Assembly: GCA_003056085.1 (NCBI GenBank)
Contig: LSNK01000001.1
Coordinates: forward strand, 8,481 to 72,480
Reading direction: 5' to 3'
Length of the DNA: 64,000 nucleotides
DNA from: Parcubacteria group bacterium M6-OD1-1
GTDB lineage: Bacteria; Patescibacteriota; Minisyncoccia; GWC2-36-17; M10-OD1-4
Part shown: piece by piece, positions 1 through 9,427 of the stretch
Layout: every line of letters starts with the position of its first letter
Numbering within the stretch: position 1 is the stretch's first letter
Notes under the pieces: model-generated
Told to the model about the DNA's origin: nothing
Database searches by the model: none
Seen by the model: only the letters and a program-made list of their open reading frames with translations
Position numbers and translations under genes: made by a program

Positions 1-315
1 ATCAATATAATTTTCTAGATTTTTGCTAATGTTGTTTGGGTCGTCCAAAAGTTTTTCAAAAGTAAAAAATGAAGTATTATAAAAATCATATCCGGATTTT
101 GATTTCAAAATATCCAAGCTCAAACCCTTTCCTGCCAAGTCATTGTACATCCCAATCACATCAGCCTTTGTTGGTTCCAGCACAGTATCAAGTCTTTTCA
201 GTACCAAAAAAGGCAAGATAACATCTTGATATTCATATGACTTCCAGCCTCCGCGAAGCAAATTTGCAATCGCTTTTGAAGTACTTACTATTTTTTTAAA
301 TTCTTGATTGTTCAT
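1..315 (-). CDS. hsdM: Type I restriction-modification M subunit, N-terminal part (runs off window)
   Basis: Own translation MNNQEFKKIVSTSKAIANLLRGGWKSYEYQDVILPFLVLKRLD matches the HsdM N-terminal pattern; not in ORF track. Confidence 0.85.
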   Translation of the reverse strand, partial: MNNQEFKKIVSTSKAIANLLRGGWKSYEYQDVILPFLVLKRLDTVLEPTKADVIGMYNDLAGKGLSLDILKSKSGYDFYNTSFFTFEKLLDDPNNISKNLENYID

Positions 316-320
316 AATAA

Positions 321-515
321 TTATTTTATTAAATCATCAACACTCATTTCAAGCGCTTTGGATACTTTTTGCAAAGTATCAAGTGTAGGATTTTGATTCG
401 CGCCGTTTTCTATCTTTACAATGGTATTGAGAGACAAATCAGCAAGACGAGCGACCCTTTCGAGAGAGTAGCCTTTTTCGGCACGTATCTTTTTTAAATT
501 ATTCGCTATGCTCAT
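321..515 (-). CDS. XRE-family HTH regulator upstream of hsdM
   Basis: NLKKIR..KGYSLERVARLADLS..IENG..NPTLDTLQKVS. Confidence 0.9.
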   Translation of the reverse strand: MSIANNLKKIRAEKGYSLERVARLADLSLNTIVKIENGANQNPTLDTLQKVSKALEMSVDDLIK

Positions 516-643
516 AGTGATATTGTATAATTTAGTATATAGAATATAATATAAAGTATGAAAGCTTTACATCTTAATCATAACGGATTTCTTGAATTTT
601 GCAAAGGTTATGACGAAAGCAAAACCATAAAATTTCACCAAAG

Positions 644-740
644 GCACTGCGTTTTGTTGCTAAATTAAAAATTTAGACAAAACGGGAGGCTAAAGCACTG
701 CATTTTGTTGCTAAATTAAAAATTTAGACAAAACGGGAGC
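644..740. repeat. Two tandem copies (51-bp period) of a small hairpin element
   Basis: gcactgcRttttgttgctaaattaaaaatttagacaaaacgggag twice. Confidence 0.9.
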
Positions 741-1124
741 CTTCCAATCTTTCGCGGCTCCCTCCTGCGTCCCCCGTTTTTTTAAGGATAAGGAAATTTT
801 GGTTTTGCGCGGAGCGGAGGACGAATGGAGGCAAGCGGAGTGTGTGCGCTTGCGCGCACACGGAGTTTGCCGAAGTAAGGACGGAGCGACCCCCGAGGCA
901 CGGTGGAGTTGGCATTATCACGCGCTCCGAGCGTGAGATTAGGTTCAGAGCTACCACGCCGCGTGGCGCGTGCGAGTTATTAATCGCTCTGCGATTGTTG
1001 TTCAAAAAAGGTTCGAGCAAAGGATACAATCTCAATCAGGTGACTGTGTTACGTGGGGAGTTGGCGGTTGCGACGATGACTAATAACAGTTTACGACATC
1101 AATAAAAAGCTCTGTTTTATATAA

Positions 1125-1979
1125 TCAGAGCTTTTTTCTTTTTAAAAATTCTTTCAGTACTGATTCTTGACACACTACATGATTTTTACCAAATACGGAG
1201 AAAATATTCTTTCCCTCTTCAAAAAGCTTAATTTTAGCTAATGCAATATAAGCATCCCTTGCACTATTAAAAGCAGCTCCAATTTCATTAATAATAGTTT
1301 TTTTAATAAAAGGATTTTGAATATCTTCTATTTCTTTTATATTCCATTCTTGATTAAGTAATTCATTCTTATTCCCAAAAACAAATCCATTTCCAAATAT
1401 TTCATTAAGTTTATTTTGAAAATACAATAAATATTCATCAAATGATTTTTTTATACCAATGCTGTCCCCAATATCTTTAATTTGATTAATAATATTATCA
1501 GCATTATTAACTATATTTGTTTTTTGTGATTTTAATGCATATAATAACATATTCAGAAAAATCCATAATAAAATATCCTCTTTTTTAAAATTCCATTTTT
1601 CTATAACAAAATTCATTACTTCATTAGGTGATGGTTCTGGACATATACTTTTCACATCATACTTATTTGAAAGCCATACAAGAAATCCAGATTCTCCGTA
1701 TTTTTTAATCATATTTTTTTTGGACTCAATCTCTGGTTTAAAATTTTCTATTAGAACAACTGTGTATTCTTTACCTTTCTTTATAAAATCCTTAAATAAC
1801 GATTCAATGACCACATAATTATTATGTAGTGGATCTATTGAATGCTCAACTCCAATACACAATATTTCTCCGTCTTCATTATTTAATTTAATAACATATG
1901 GAGTTTCATAATCATCAGAATTATATTCCTGTAAAGATACAATAGAATCGAATATTGGATCATTAATATTTATTTTCAT
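1125..1979 (-). CDS. Hypothetical protein (island cargo)
   Basis: 284-aa very AT-rich ORF, no motif recognised. Confidence 0.75.
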   Translation of the reverse strand: MKININDPIFDSIVSLQEYNSDDYETPYVIKLNNEDGEILCIGVEHSIDPLHNNYVVIESLFKDFIKKGKEYTVVLIENFKPEIESKKNMIKKYGESGFLVWLSNKYDVKSICPEPSPNEVMNFVIEKWNFKKEDILLWIFLNMLLYALKSQKTNIVNNADNIINQIKDIGDSIGIKKSFDEYLLYFQNKLNEIFGNGFVFGNKNELLNQEWNIKEIEDIQNPFIKKTIINEIGAAFNSARDAYIALAKIKLFEEGKNIFSVFGKNHVVCQESVLKEFLKRKKL

Positions 1980-2029
1980 AATATTGGATAATATAATAAA
2001 ATTATTTATATATTATATCATAAATCACA

Positions 2030-2270
2030 CAATCCCTCCGCATTGTGTCGGAATCTGTCTTTTGACGAATTTTTGTTTCGTAACGCGCCTGCGGCGCGGT
2101 CGCGCTTCGCGCGAAAGGGGCTGATTCTGCAACGATTTGCCACGCTTTGCGTGGCAAAAAAGAAATGTTTTGGTTTTGGATTTGGAAGTTCGAACCAATC
2201 TTTTTTAGAAAATCCCGAAAGGATTCGGGATTTTCTTGCAAAGCGATAATTTTAATAATATTTTGACTTT
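2030..2270 (-). pseudogene. Probable C-terminal fragment of a large serine recombinase, ending in a tRNA-Ser 3'-end copy
   Basis: RDFLKKIGSNF..PRKAWQIVAE..MRR resembles tails of tRNA-targeting CPR recombinases; TGCGGAGGGA shared with the tRNA-Ser end. Confidence 0.55.
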
Positions 2271-2277
2271 TAGAAAT

Positions 2278-2619
2278 ATGGAAAAAGAAAATCAAGCCAA
2301 AAAGTTTTTTATCTACGCTCGCAAGTCAACGGACAACGAGGATAGACAAGTTCGGAGTATTGGCGACCAAATTGCTGAATTGCGGGAATTGGCGGAAAAA
2401 GAAAATTTGGAAGTTGTTGACTTGCTTGTTGAAAAACAAACCGCCAAGAGTCCGGAGCGTCCTGTTTTCGCCGAGATGTTGAATCGGATAGAAGCGGGCG
2501 AAGCGTCGGGAATTTTAGCATGGCACCCCGACAGATTAGCTCGCAATTCCGTTGATGGCGGACAAATTATTTATCTTGTTGATACTGGTGTTATTCGCGA
2601 GCTAAAATTCCCAACTTTT
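2278..2619 (+). pseudogene. Serine recombinase catalytic domain, truncated
   Basis: FIYARKST..RQ..SI..Q, ERPVFAEML, WHPDRLARN; after KFPTF the ORF reads antisense to a hydrolase gene. Confidence 0.85.
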
Positions 2620-3298
2620 GGTATTATTGTGAAGGTTTTTGGCTCATCGGCATTATTAAAAATTCTTTTTACATCATCGGGAGTAATAAGTGTATCTTGT
2701 TCACCAGCAAATAAAACAATCGAGGCTGTTATTTTTGCAACATCTTCAACAACATTGTATTGTGTTCTGTCCTCTACATGCGAGAAAGGTACACGAAACT
2801 CTCGTTTTTTATCTCTGTTGCTTGGCAAATCGCGAGTAGATACACTCACGCCAATTTCTTTCCATTCTCTTTCTCTCTTTGGTGTCATTGATTCGTCCGA
2901 TGATGGCATAATGCCAAGCACTTTTGAAATTCGGTTATCACGCGCTGCATACAAAAGCGAAACCATGCCACCACGACTATGTCCGCCAAGCAAAATGTCT
3001 GTATATTCGCTTTGGGTTAGCGTATATTCAAGTACACTTTTTATATCGGAAAGATATTGCGTAATTGTATAATCAGTAATATCGCCATCACTATCCAAAA
3101 CGCCAGTTGGATCAAAGCGCACCGAAGTATATCCATGCTTAGTTAATTCATTTGCTAGTTCCGCCAATCCGACATAGTCTTTTGAGTCCAAAAGCCCGGA
3201 CAAAGTATCGCCAGTTTTTCCGTTTTTGTTTCTGGGTAATGTATCGCAACAGAAAGATTGCCTTTTGTTCCTTTTATAAAATCTTTTGTGATGTTCAT
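2611..3298 (-). pseudogene. Alpha/beta hydrolase, frameshifted near the start and truncated at the C-terminus
   Basis: ATG at 3298 gives MNITKDF..LAILCPGF, then a frameshift into LDSKDY; GHSRGG motif; expected catalytic His lost after IIPKVG. Confidence 0.8.
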
Positions 3299-3309
3299 AT
3301 TGAAATTGT

Positions 3310-3909
3310 TTACTTTGTAATTTGCTCTATCAACTCTGGAAGCTCTTCAACTTGGAAGTGTCCGCTATCCTCAAAAATGTGCTTTTGTGCTCTTAACAAC
3401 TCTTCCGCGTATGCCTCAAAATCTCCGAAGTCAACAACATCGTCATCTTTTGAATGATACAAGTGTATTTCCGAAACTTGCTTTTCTATATTTTCAAGTG
3501 TGCCCGTCAATACAAAACTTGAACGCTTGATACAACTCCTATCGCCAAACGGAGCGGCGAGCAAATGCAACGACTTTATTTTTCTCAGGTATGTATTCTC
3601 TGCAAGATACTTTACAAGAAATACACCACCGAGAGAGATGCCAACAAGAACAACATCATCGTCAATATACTGCGTATATTTCTCAAACCAAATCTTCCAC
3701 TCGTTATATTTTGCATTCCAAGCACACGGCATTTGCGGTTTTATAAGTTGGTAATTTTCACCGAGATCTTCTTCAAGAGATTGACTCCATTTTTTAGGTG
3801 GCTCGTCATTCGGGTCACTTGGTTCAGTAGACTTAAGAAAATCCAAATATGCCTCGTTATTTTCCCAAGACTCACCACCGTGTATTAAAATTACTTGTTG
3901 TTTTTTCAT
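3310..3909 (-). CDS. RBBP9/YdeN-family alpha/beta hydrolase
   Basis: LIHGG, GISLGG, HSKDDDVV, GHF motifs. Confidence 0.88.
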   Translation of the reverse strand: MKKQQVILIHGGESWENNEAYLDFLKSTEPSDPNDEPPKKWSQSLEEDLGENYQLIKPQMPCAWNAKYNEWKIWFEKYTQYIDDDVVLVGISLGGVFLVKYLAENTYLRKIKSLHLLAAPFGDRSCIKRSSFVLTGTLENIEKQVSEIHLYHSKDDDVVDFGDFEAYAEELLRAQKHIFEDSGHFQVEELPELIEQITK

Positions 3910-3913
3910 ATTT

Positions 3914-4123
3914 TTATTTCGTTAAATCTCCAACACTAACTCCAAGCGCACTCGCAACCTTTTCCATTGTGCTAATTGTAAGATTTTGTTTACCATTCTC
4001 AACATTACTGATATATGCTCTATCTAAATCTAACGCTCGGCAAATGTCGCCTTGCGACATTCCTTTTTCTAAGCGTATCTTTTTCATATTGTCTCCAAAT
4101 TTTTTTGCTGTATTTTGACTCAT
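3914..4123 (-). CDS. XRE-family HTH regulator
   Basis: KIRLEKGMSQGDI..YISNVENGKQN. Confidence 0.9.
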   Translation of the reverse strand: MSQNTAKKFGDNMKKIRLEKGMSQGDICRALDLDRAYISNVENGKQNLTISTMEKVASALGVSVGDLTK

Positions 4124-4198
4124 GTTTTATCTAAAAGTTATCAACTTTGGTATTTTAACATACCATTATGTTATCACTCAATAGTAAGTTTCAATGTG

Positions 4199-4285
4199 CG
4201 GAGGGAACAGGATTTGAACCTGCGGTAGGCGTAAACCTACACATCCTTTCCAAGGATGCGCCTTAAACCACTCAGCCATCCCTCC
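4199..4285 (-). tRNA. tRNA-Ser(GGA)
   Basis: GGAGGGA acceptor, CATCC-TTGGAAA-GGATG anticodon arm, long variable arm, GGTTCAAATCC T arm. Confidence 0.96.
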
Positions 4286-4331
4286 AAATTTGAAATTAAT
4301 TTTTATTTCGTCCTTGGAGAAAATCTTACTA

Positions 4332-4946
4332 TCATACGGACTTATATGTCAACATCTGCACAAACGCAAAAGCAACGGCGATGTAAAGAATATATTGAGC
4401 GGTTACAAGAAGCATTGAAATTGGAAATATCATATAAATAAACAAAATGCTAACACCTACAGATTGAAAAATCATTTTTACTTTTCCGAATTTTTCTGAC
4501 TGAACCGTAACACCTTGATATCTTTTTTTGTAATAAGCTCCTAAAACTATAATCAACTCTATAAGTATTATAGCAAACGCCAACCAAATGCTTAAAAACT
4601 TTGGTATTAAAACAACTGCCGTTGTTCCTATTAAAAGCTTATCTGCCAATGGATCAAAAAGTTTACCCCAATTTGTCACTTTATTTTGCGTCCTTGCCAA
4701 AGCCCCGTCCAACGCATCTGAAAATGCAGATACAATAAACAAAATAACGCCCAAAATATATTCCTCTCCGACTAAAAGCAGTAAAACAAAAGGAATAGAT
4801 AAAAAACGAAATATAGTAAGATGATTTGGAGTAACCCAAGACGGCAAAAATCTCAAAAAGACAAAAGCTAAAAATTTATCTGACTTTGTAACCTTTTTGG
4901 CTTTTTGATATGTGTAGTCTTCTCCTGTTGTGTTTTCTAAAAACAT
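4332..4946 (-). CDS. pgsA: CDP-alcohol phosphatidyltransferase (PgsA-like)
   Basis: TPNHLT, DALDGALAR..G..FDPLADK. Confidence 0.85.
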   Translation of the reverse strand: MFLENTTGEDYTYQKAKKVTKSDKFLAFVFLRFLPSWVTPNHLTIFRFLSIPFVLLLLVGEEYILGVILFIVSAFSDALDGALARTQNKVTNWGKLFDPLADKLLIGTTAVVLIPKFLSIWLAFAIILIELIIVLGAYYKKRYQGVTVQSEKFGKVKMIFQSVGVSILFIYMIFPISMLLVTAQYILYIAVAFAFVQMLTYKSV

Positions 4947-4996
4947 GTTTTGTTAGATTATAAATTATAGGTGTTAGGTTATAGGAAATATTATTT

Positions 4997-5908
4997 CTAT
5001 CTATCCATATCTTGTAAAGCCTTGATGCGTTCTTCCATAGGAGGGTGCGTCATAAAAAGCTTTCCCAACTTTGCTTTAAACCCCTTTTCGCGAAATGGAT
5101 TTGAAATATACATATGCGCTGTTGCGTGACTTGCTTTTTTCATCTCTCCCGGATAACTTGAGATTTTTTTAAGCGCGCTTGCAAGTCCGTCCGGATAACG
5201 CGTCATTAAAGCCCCTGACGCATCTGCTAAAAATTCTCTTTTTCTTGATATTGCAAGGTGAATCAAACTTGCGGCAATCGGCGCAAGTATAGCCATAACA
5301 ATACCCGCAACAAGAAGTATTAACTGAAGTTTTCCGTCTCCTCCGTTGTTGTTTCTTCTGCCTCCTCCAAACCAAAATGTATAACGCAAAAACATATCGG
5401 ATAAAATAGCGATAAACCCAACCAAAACGACAGAAATTGTTGAAACTAATATGTCTCTGTTTTTAACATGAGAAAGCTCATGAGCCAAAACTCCTTCAAG
5501 CTCTGACTTTTCAAGCCTTTCTAACAACCCTGAGGTCACGGCAACAGCCGCGTGTTCTGGGTCGCGTCCGGTTGCAAACGCATTTGGCGCAGGGTCGTTT
5601 ATCACATAAAGTTTTGGCATCGGAAGACCTGTTGCTATCGTTAAATTTTCAACAAGATTATACAATTCTCTGTGTGTTTTTGCATCAACTTGTTTTGCTC
5701 CTGACATTTTTATAACTATTTTGTCGGAGTTCCAATAAGAAAAAATATTCATAGCCAATGCAAAAACCACTGCAATATATAAAATAGAGGGGTTTCCCAA
5801 AATCTGCGCAAAAACCCAACCAACTAAAATAACAAAAACGAAAAACAGACTCATAATGAGCCAAGTTTTTCTCATATTCAATGATTCATAGTTATATGCT
5901 GTTGCCAT
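4997..5908 (-). CDS. htpX: Zinc metalloprotease HtpX (M48)
   Basis: PNAFATG, AHELSH, SRKREFLADA, THPP. Confidence 0.95.
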   Translation of the reverse strand: MATAYNYESLNMRKTWLIMSLFFVFVILVGWVFAQILGNPSILYIAVVFALAMNIFSYWNSDKIVIKMSGAKQVDAKTHRELYNLVENLTIATGLPMPKLYVINDPAPNAFATGRDPEHAAVAVTSGLLERLEKSELEGVLAHELSHVKNRDILVSTISVVLVGFIAILSDMFLRYTFWFGGGRRNNNGGDGKLQLILLVAGIVMAILAPIAASLIHLAISRKREFLADASGALMTRYPDGLASALKKISSYPGEMKKASHATAHMYISNPFREKGFKAKLGKLFMTHPPMEERIKALQDMDR

Positions 5909-5943
5909 TTTGTTAGATTATAGGTGTTAGGTTATATGAAATT

Positions 5944-6204
5944 TTAATGCTTACTGTTCTTGTAATACAAAGACAGAAACAAAACAAGCCAAGAACCGAC
6001 TACACCAACAACAAAACTTATAACGATAGGAAAATTGCCGGTCAAAACACCGTAAACGGTCCAAGTTGCCGTGCCCGCAGAAAATATAATATAAGAAATT
6101 ATAGAAATATTTTCTGATGATTTAAGTTTATAAATTTTATAAGCTTGCGGATAATAAGCAAAGGACATCGCGACTCCCATGATAGTTGTTAGTAGTTCCA
6201 GCAT
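5944..6204 (-). CDS. SemiSWEET/PQ-loop transporter
   Basis: 86 aa, three hydrophobic segments, YPQAYK. Confidence 0.85.
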   Translation of the reverse strand: MLELLTTIMGVAMSFAYYPQAYKIYKLKSSENISIISYIIFSAGTATWTVYGVLTGNFPIVISFVVGVVGSWLVLFLSLYYKNSKH

Positions 6205-6226
6205 TGTTTATTTTTTGTTATTACGA

Positions 6227-6304
6227 TTAACCGCTTCTTGGAGTTTTAGCAAGCATACCAACTTCAGACAGAAAGTTAGCTATATTTTTTCTATCATCTT
6301 CCAT
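6227..6304 (-). pseudogene. N-terminal remnant of an HD-domain hydrolase
   Basis: MEDDRKNIANFLSEVGMLAKTPRSG* resembles the start of YfbR/HDDC2-like proteins. Confidence 0.55.
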
Positions 6305-6318
6305 AATGAAAAGGTATT

Positions 6319-6945
6319 TTAGAAATTAACTTTAACCGGCTCTTTGGCAGCCTCTTCTTCCAGTTCAAAAAACTCTTCTTCTTTAAAGTTAAATATTCCC
6401 GCTATTAAGTTTTGAGGAAACATCTGCACGGCATTGTTCATCTCTTTTACATTTGAGTTGTAAAATCTTCTTGATGCTTGTATTTTATTTTCCGTATCTG
6501 TTAACTCCCTCTGAAGCTCCAAGAAATTCTCATTTGCCTTCAAGTCAGGATAATTCTCAGAAACTGCAAATAAACTTTTTAAAGCTCCTGTAAGCATATT
6601 TTCCGCTTCTTGTTTTTCTCCTACATTTTGTGCACCCATCGCCTTTGTTCTTGCTTCTGTAACAGCTTCCAAAACTCCTTTTTCGTGTGCAACATACCCT
6701 TTTACAGACTCTATTAAGTTCGGGATTAAGTCGTACCTTCTTTTTAACTGAACATCTATGTCAGACCACGCATCTCTTACATTGTTTTTTAGCCTAACGA
6801 ACGCATTATACATCGCAACGAGCCATAAAACGATTACAACTGCAATAGCAATGCCATTTATTTTCCAATCAATAATATCAAAAAGACCGCTTACAACAAG
6901 CGCCACAACGATTAATCCAAAAATAAAATTCCAAAAATTATTCAT
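6319..6945 (-). CDS. lemA: LemA family protein
   Basis: AWSDIDVQLKRRYDLIPNL, ENYPDLKAN, RRFYN. Confidence 0.95.
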   Translation of the reverse strand: MNNFWNFIFGLIVVALVVSGLFDIIDWKINGIAIAVVIVLWLVAMYNAFVRLKNNVRDAWSDIDVQLKRRYDLIPNLIESVKGYVAHEKGVLEAVTEARTKAMGAQNVGEKQEAENMLTGALKSLFAVSENYPDLKANENFLELQRELTDTENKIQASRRFYNSNVKEMNNAVQMFPQNLIAGIFNFKEEEFFELEEEAAKEPVKVNF

Positions 6946-7089
6946 AAATTTTAATAAAAAAAATAATTAATTACTTTAATACATAATATCAAAACATCTG
7001 TAAAATATCAAACCAAAAACTATATTATAAATTAAAAAAATACTGTATTATATAATTAATTAGTACATTGCCAATTAGGAGAATATCTA

Positions 7090-7404
7090 ATGTCTATTGC
7101 ATACAGTAATTTTTATGTTTATTTTAAAAAACAATTTGGTGAAAAAAATATAATTATTATGCTGAAAAAATTTATAAGATATTTTTTCAAATATAATAAT
7201 CCGGAATTAATAATGTTTAGCGCCATTAAAGACAAGGAAGATTTAGGATATGAAATCATTATAACAACGAGACAAGTGCCTTCTTTAAAAATACGCAAAA
7301 CTTTTATGAGATTTTGCAGAGAAAATGGTTATCTCAAAAAGGATAAGATAATTAAAATTTCAAAAATCAAACACAAAGTAATAACAAAGAAAAGTCTTCT
7401 TTGA
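7090..7404 (+). CDS. Hypothetical protein
   Basis: 104-aa ORF with AGGAG upstream. Confidence 0.55.
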   Translation: MSIAYSNFYVYFKKQFGEKNIIIMLKKFIRYFFKYNNPELIMFSAIKDKEDLGYEIIITTRQVPSLKIRKTFMRFCRENGYLKKDKIIKISKIKHKVITKKSLL

Positions 7405-7437
7405 AAATTCCCCAATTATTATTATAATTAGGGGATT

Positions 7438-7767
7438 TTATTTTCCCTTGCTCTTAAATATTATCACATTTAAATGATAAATTTTATTTTTTTCTATTTT
7501 AAGCTTTATCTCCATAAGCGAAGACCCTTCCGGGGCAGGCAATGTTTCCGCATTTCCGGTTTCCGGATTAAACAAAGCATAGTGAGTTACACACTTTAAC
7601 TTGCAATTTTCCATAGTTAGAGAACCCCCCGCATGAGTACAATAGTCAATAAAGGCATGAAAGTTGCCTTTTGTGTTTACTAAAATAGCGTCTCTGCCTT
7701 TGTATTTAAATTTTTTCAGCTCACCATCTTTTATATCTGATGTTTTTGCAATAAAAAACTGATTCAT
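7438..7767 (-). CDS. Rieske [2Fe-2S] ferredoxin
   Basis: CTH and CVTH ligand motifs. Confidence 0.9.
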   Translation of the reverse strand: MNQFFIAKTSDIKDGELKKFKYKGRDAILVNTKGNFHAFIDYCTHAGGSLTMENCKLKCVTHYALFNPETGNAETLPAPEGSSLMEIKLKIEKNKIYHLNVIIFKSKGK

Positions 7768-7867
7768 TTTTTTAGAATTTAGAGAATATAGAAGTTAGAA
7801 TTGTTAAGTAAAGTTTTAAGGTTTCTAAAATTGAGGTCATGTCTCCGCTAAGACTATGGCAAGCAGT

Positions 7868-7994
7868 ATAAAATTTGTTTGAGTTGAGTGCGATTTGAGG
7901 AAGAAATAAGAAGTGAAACAAGCTGTACTAAAGGTACAGCGAGTAAGCTTCGCAACTTCTGACGAAAAAGCGTGCCAATTCAAATAAATTTTAT
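7868..7994 (+). repeat. Palindromic element family, copy A
   Basis: Terminal inverted arms, apical GCTGTAC/GTACAGC. Confidence 0.85.
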
Positions 7995-8257
7995 GGGAAG
8001 ATTATGTTTCCGTCTTCATCTTCTAATATAATAGCTTTAGTCGGGCAAGATTGCGCCGCAAGCAAAATAGTTTCATCGTCCAAATTTGTTTGGAGTTCTT
8101 TTTTTTCTGTTTCTTCAGATCTTTTCTTCCCGTTTTTTAATAAGATAACCGCTTTATTCTCATCGTCAAGCTCAAAAACTTCAGGAGCCACGACAACACA
8201 AGATGCCGCCCCTATACACAAATCTCTGTCCACTATAATTTTTTTTATTTTTTTCAT
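7991..8257 (-). CDS. Single-cluster ferredoxin (probably 3Fe-4S type)
   Basis: CIGAASC and CPTKAI. Confidence 0.9.
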   Translation of the reverse strand: MKKIKKIIVDRDLCIGAASCVVVAPEVFELDDENKAVILLKNGKKRSEETEKKELQTNLDDETILLAAQSCPTKAIILEDEDGNIIFP

Positions 8258-8317
8258 ATTATTTTTTAATTCTTAAGATATTAAACCTCAAACTCTTCTC
8301 CGTTTTTTAAAGCAATC

Positions 8318-9181
8318 TTATTCCTCCGGGACACCCTCTCCTTTTCCAATTTTTCTAAAACTTCCCTTACCAAAAGTATCTTCTATTAATCTGCCAATTG
8401 CCAACATTCTTCCATTTACCTTAGCATTAATGAATAGTTTTACAATATCCTCCCTATTTGAAAACTTATCTTTATTCAATTCCCAAAGTTTATTTATGAG
8501 AGAATTTATTTTATCTATTTCATCTCCTTTATAAAATTTCAGAGAACTTCTTTCTCCGTTGCTTACTTGCTCTATTTCATCTTTAAAAATCTCATTTTTC
8601 AAAACAATATTATGATAATATTGTTTTGTCATAAGTTCAGTTATGGCTTCATCAAAATCTTCAAAAAACTCCTCTTTGCCATCTCTGGACACTACTTTAA
8701 ATCCACTGCGATATTCACTTTCTGCATGATCATCTCCTTTAATTTTTTGTAAAACAACAATAGATTTTGCATGGATAAACTCATGAAACAATATTAAAGA
8801 AAATTCTATGTCAGACTTTAACCTATCAACTAAAATACCGCCTCTAACTGCAGAATGAGCTCCTGTAGAAAGCCTGCCTTCAGTGTACTCATTAGTGCCC
8901 CCATTTTTTAAAATATGGATATTTTCAATTGGAACTTCAAATACATTATCTTTTTTTAAACTTGATATGTATTCAGAAGCTTCCTTTTGAGTAAAATTTA
9001 TCACCTCTAAATCTCTTTCTGTTTTTTCTAATTCAAGGTCTTTGATATTTTCTTCATTTGCATCCTTATTAAGTAATGTTTCAGAAAACATAGATAAAGA
9101 AGCATCAAAAGCTTCTTTATCTTTTCTTTGTTCTTGTGGAATACCCACTACATTATCTATATGAGAATTAAATTTTTCCAT
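8318..9181 (-). CDS. Hypothetical protein with HExxH zincin-like motif
   Basis: LFHEFIH plus downstream FDEAITE. Confidence 0.7.
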   Translation of the reverse strand: MEKFNSHIDNVVGIPQEQRKDKEAFDASLSMFSETLLNKDANEENIKDLELEKTERDLEVINFTQKEASEYISSLKKDNVFEVPIENIHILKNGGTNEYTEGRLSTGAHSAVRGGILVDRLKSDIEFSLILFHEFIHAKSIVVLQKIKGDDHAESEYRSGFKVVSRDGKEEFFEDFDEAITELMTKQYYHNIVLKNEIFKDEIEQVSNGERSSLKFYKGDEIDKINSLINKLWELNKDKFSNREDIVKLFINAKVNGRMLAIGRLIEDTFGKGSFRKIGKGEGVPEE

Positions 9182-9245
9182 ATATTAAAGAATACTTAAA
9201 ATTTAGCATTTTGTAAAACCAATTTAAAATTAAAATATAAAATTT

Positions 9246-9427
9246 TAAGATTTCTAAAATTGAGCACAGGTCGCAGCCTCCCGTTTTTATCCAAGAGCGC
9301 AGCGATTGGTTTTAAAACGCAGTGCTATCAGTATAAAAAGGAAGAGTGATGCTGAGCTGTATTTATAGATACAGTGAAGTTGAGCGATGAGTTTTTAGCA
9401 AGAGATGTGCCAATTTTGAAAATCTTA
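9246..9427 (+). repeat. Palindromic element family, copy B (with nested micro-element)
   Basis: taagatttctaaaattg / caattttgaaaatctta arms; aligns to copy E except for the insertion. Confidence 0.85.

Noticed and set aside
644-740. Mini CRISPR array
   Set aside because: Two 45-bp units separated by about 6 bp, no unique spacers and no cas genes.
2236-3072. 278-aa full-length recombinase and a genuine overlapping gene pair
   Set aside because: Sequence after codon KFPTF is the antisense of the hydrolase; this is a deletion chimera.
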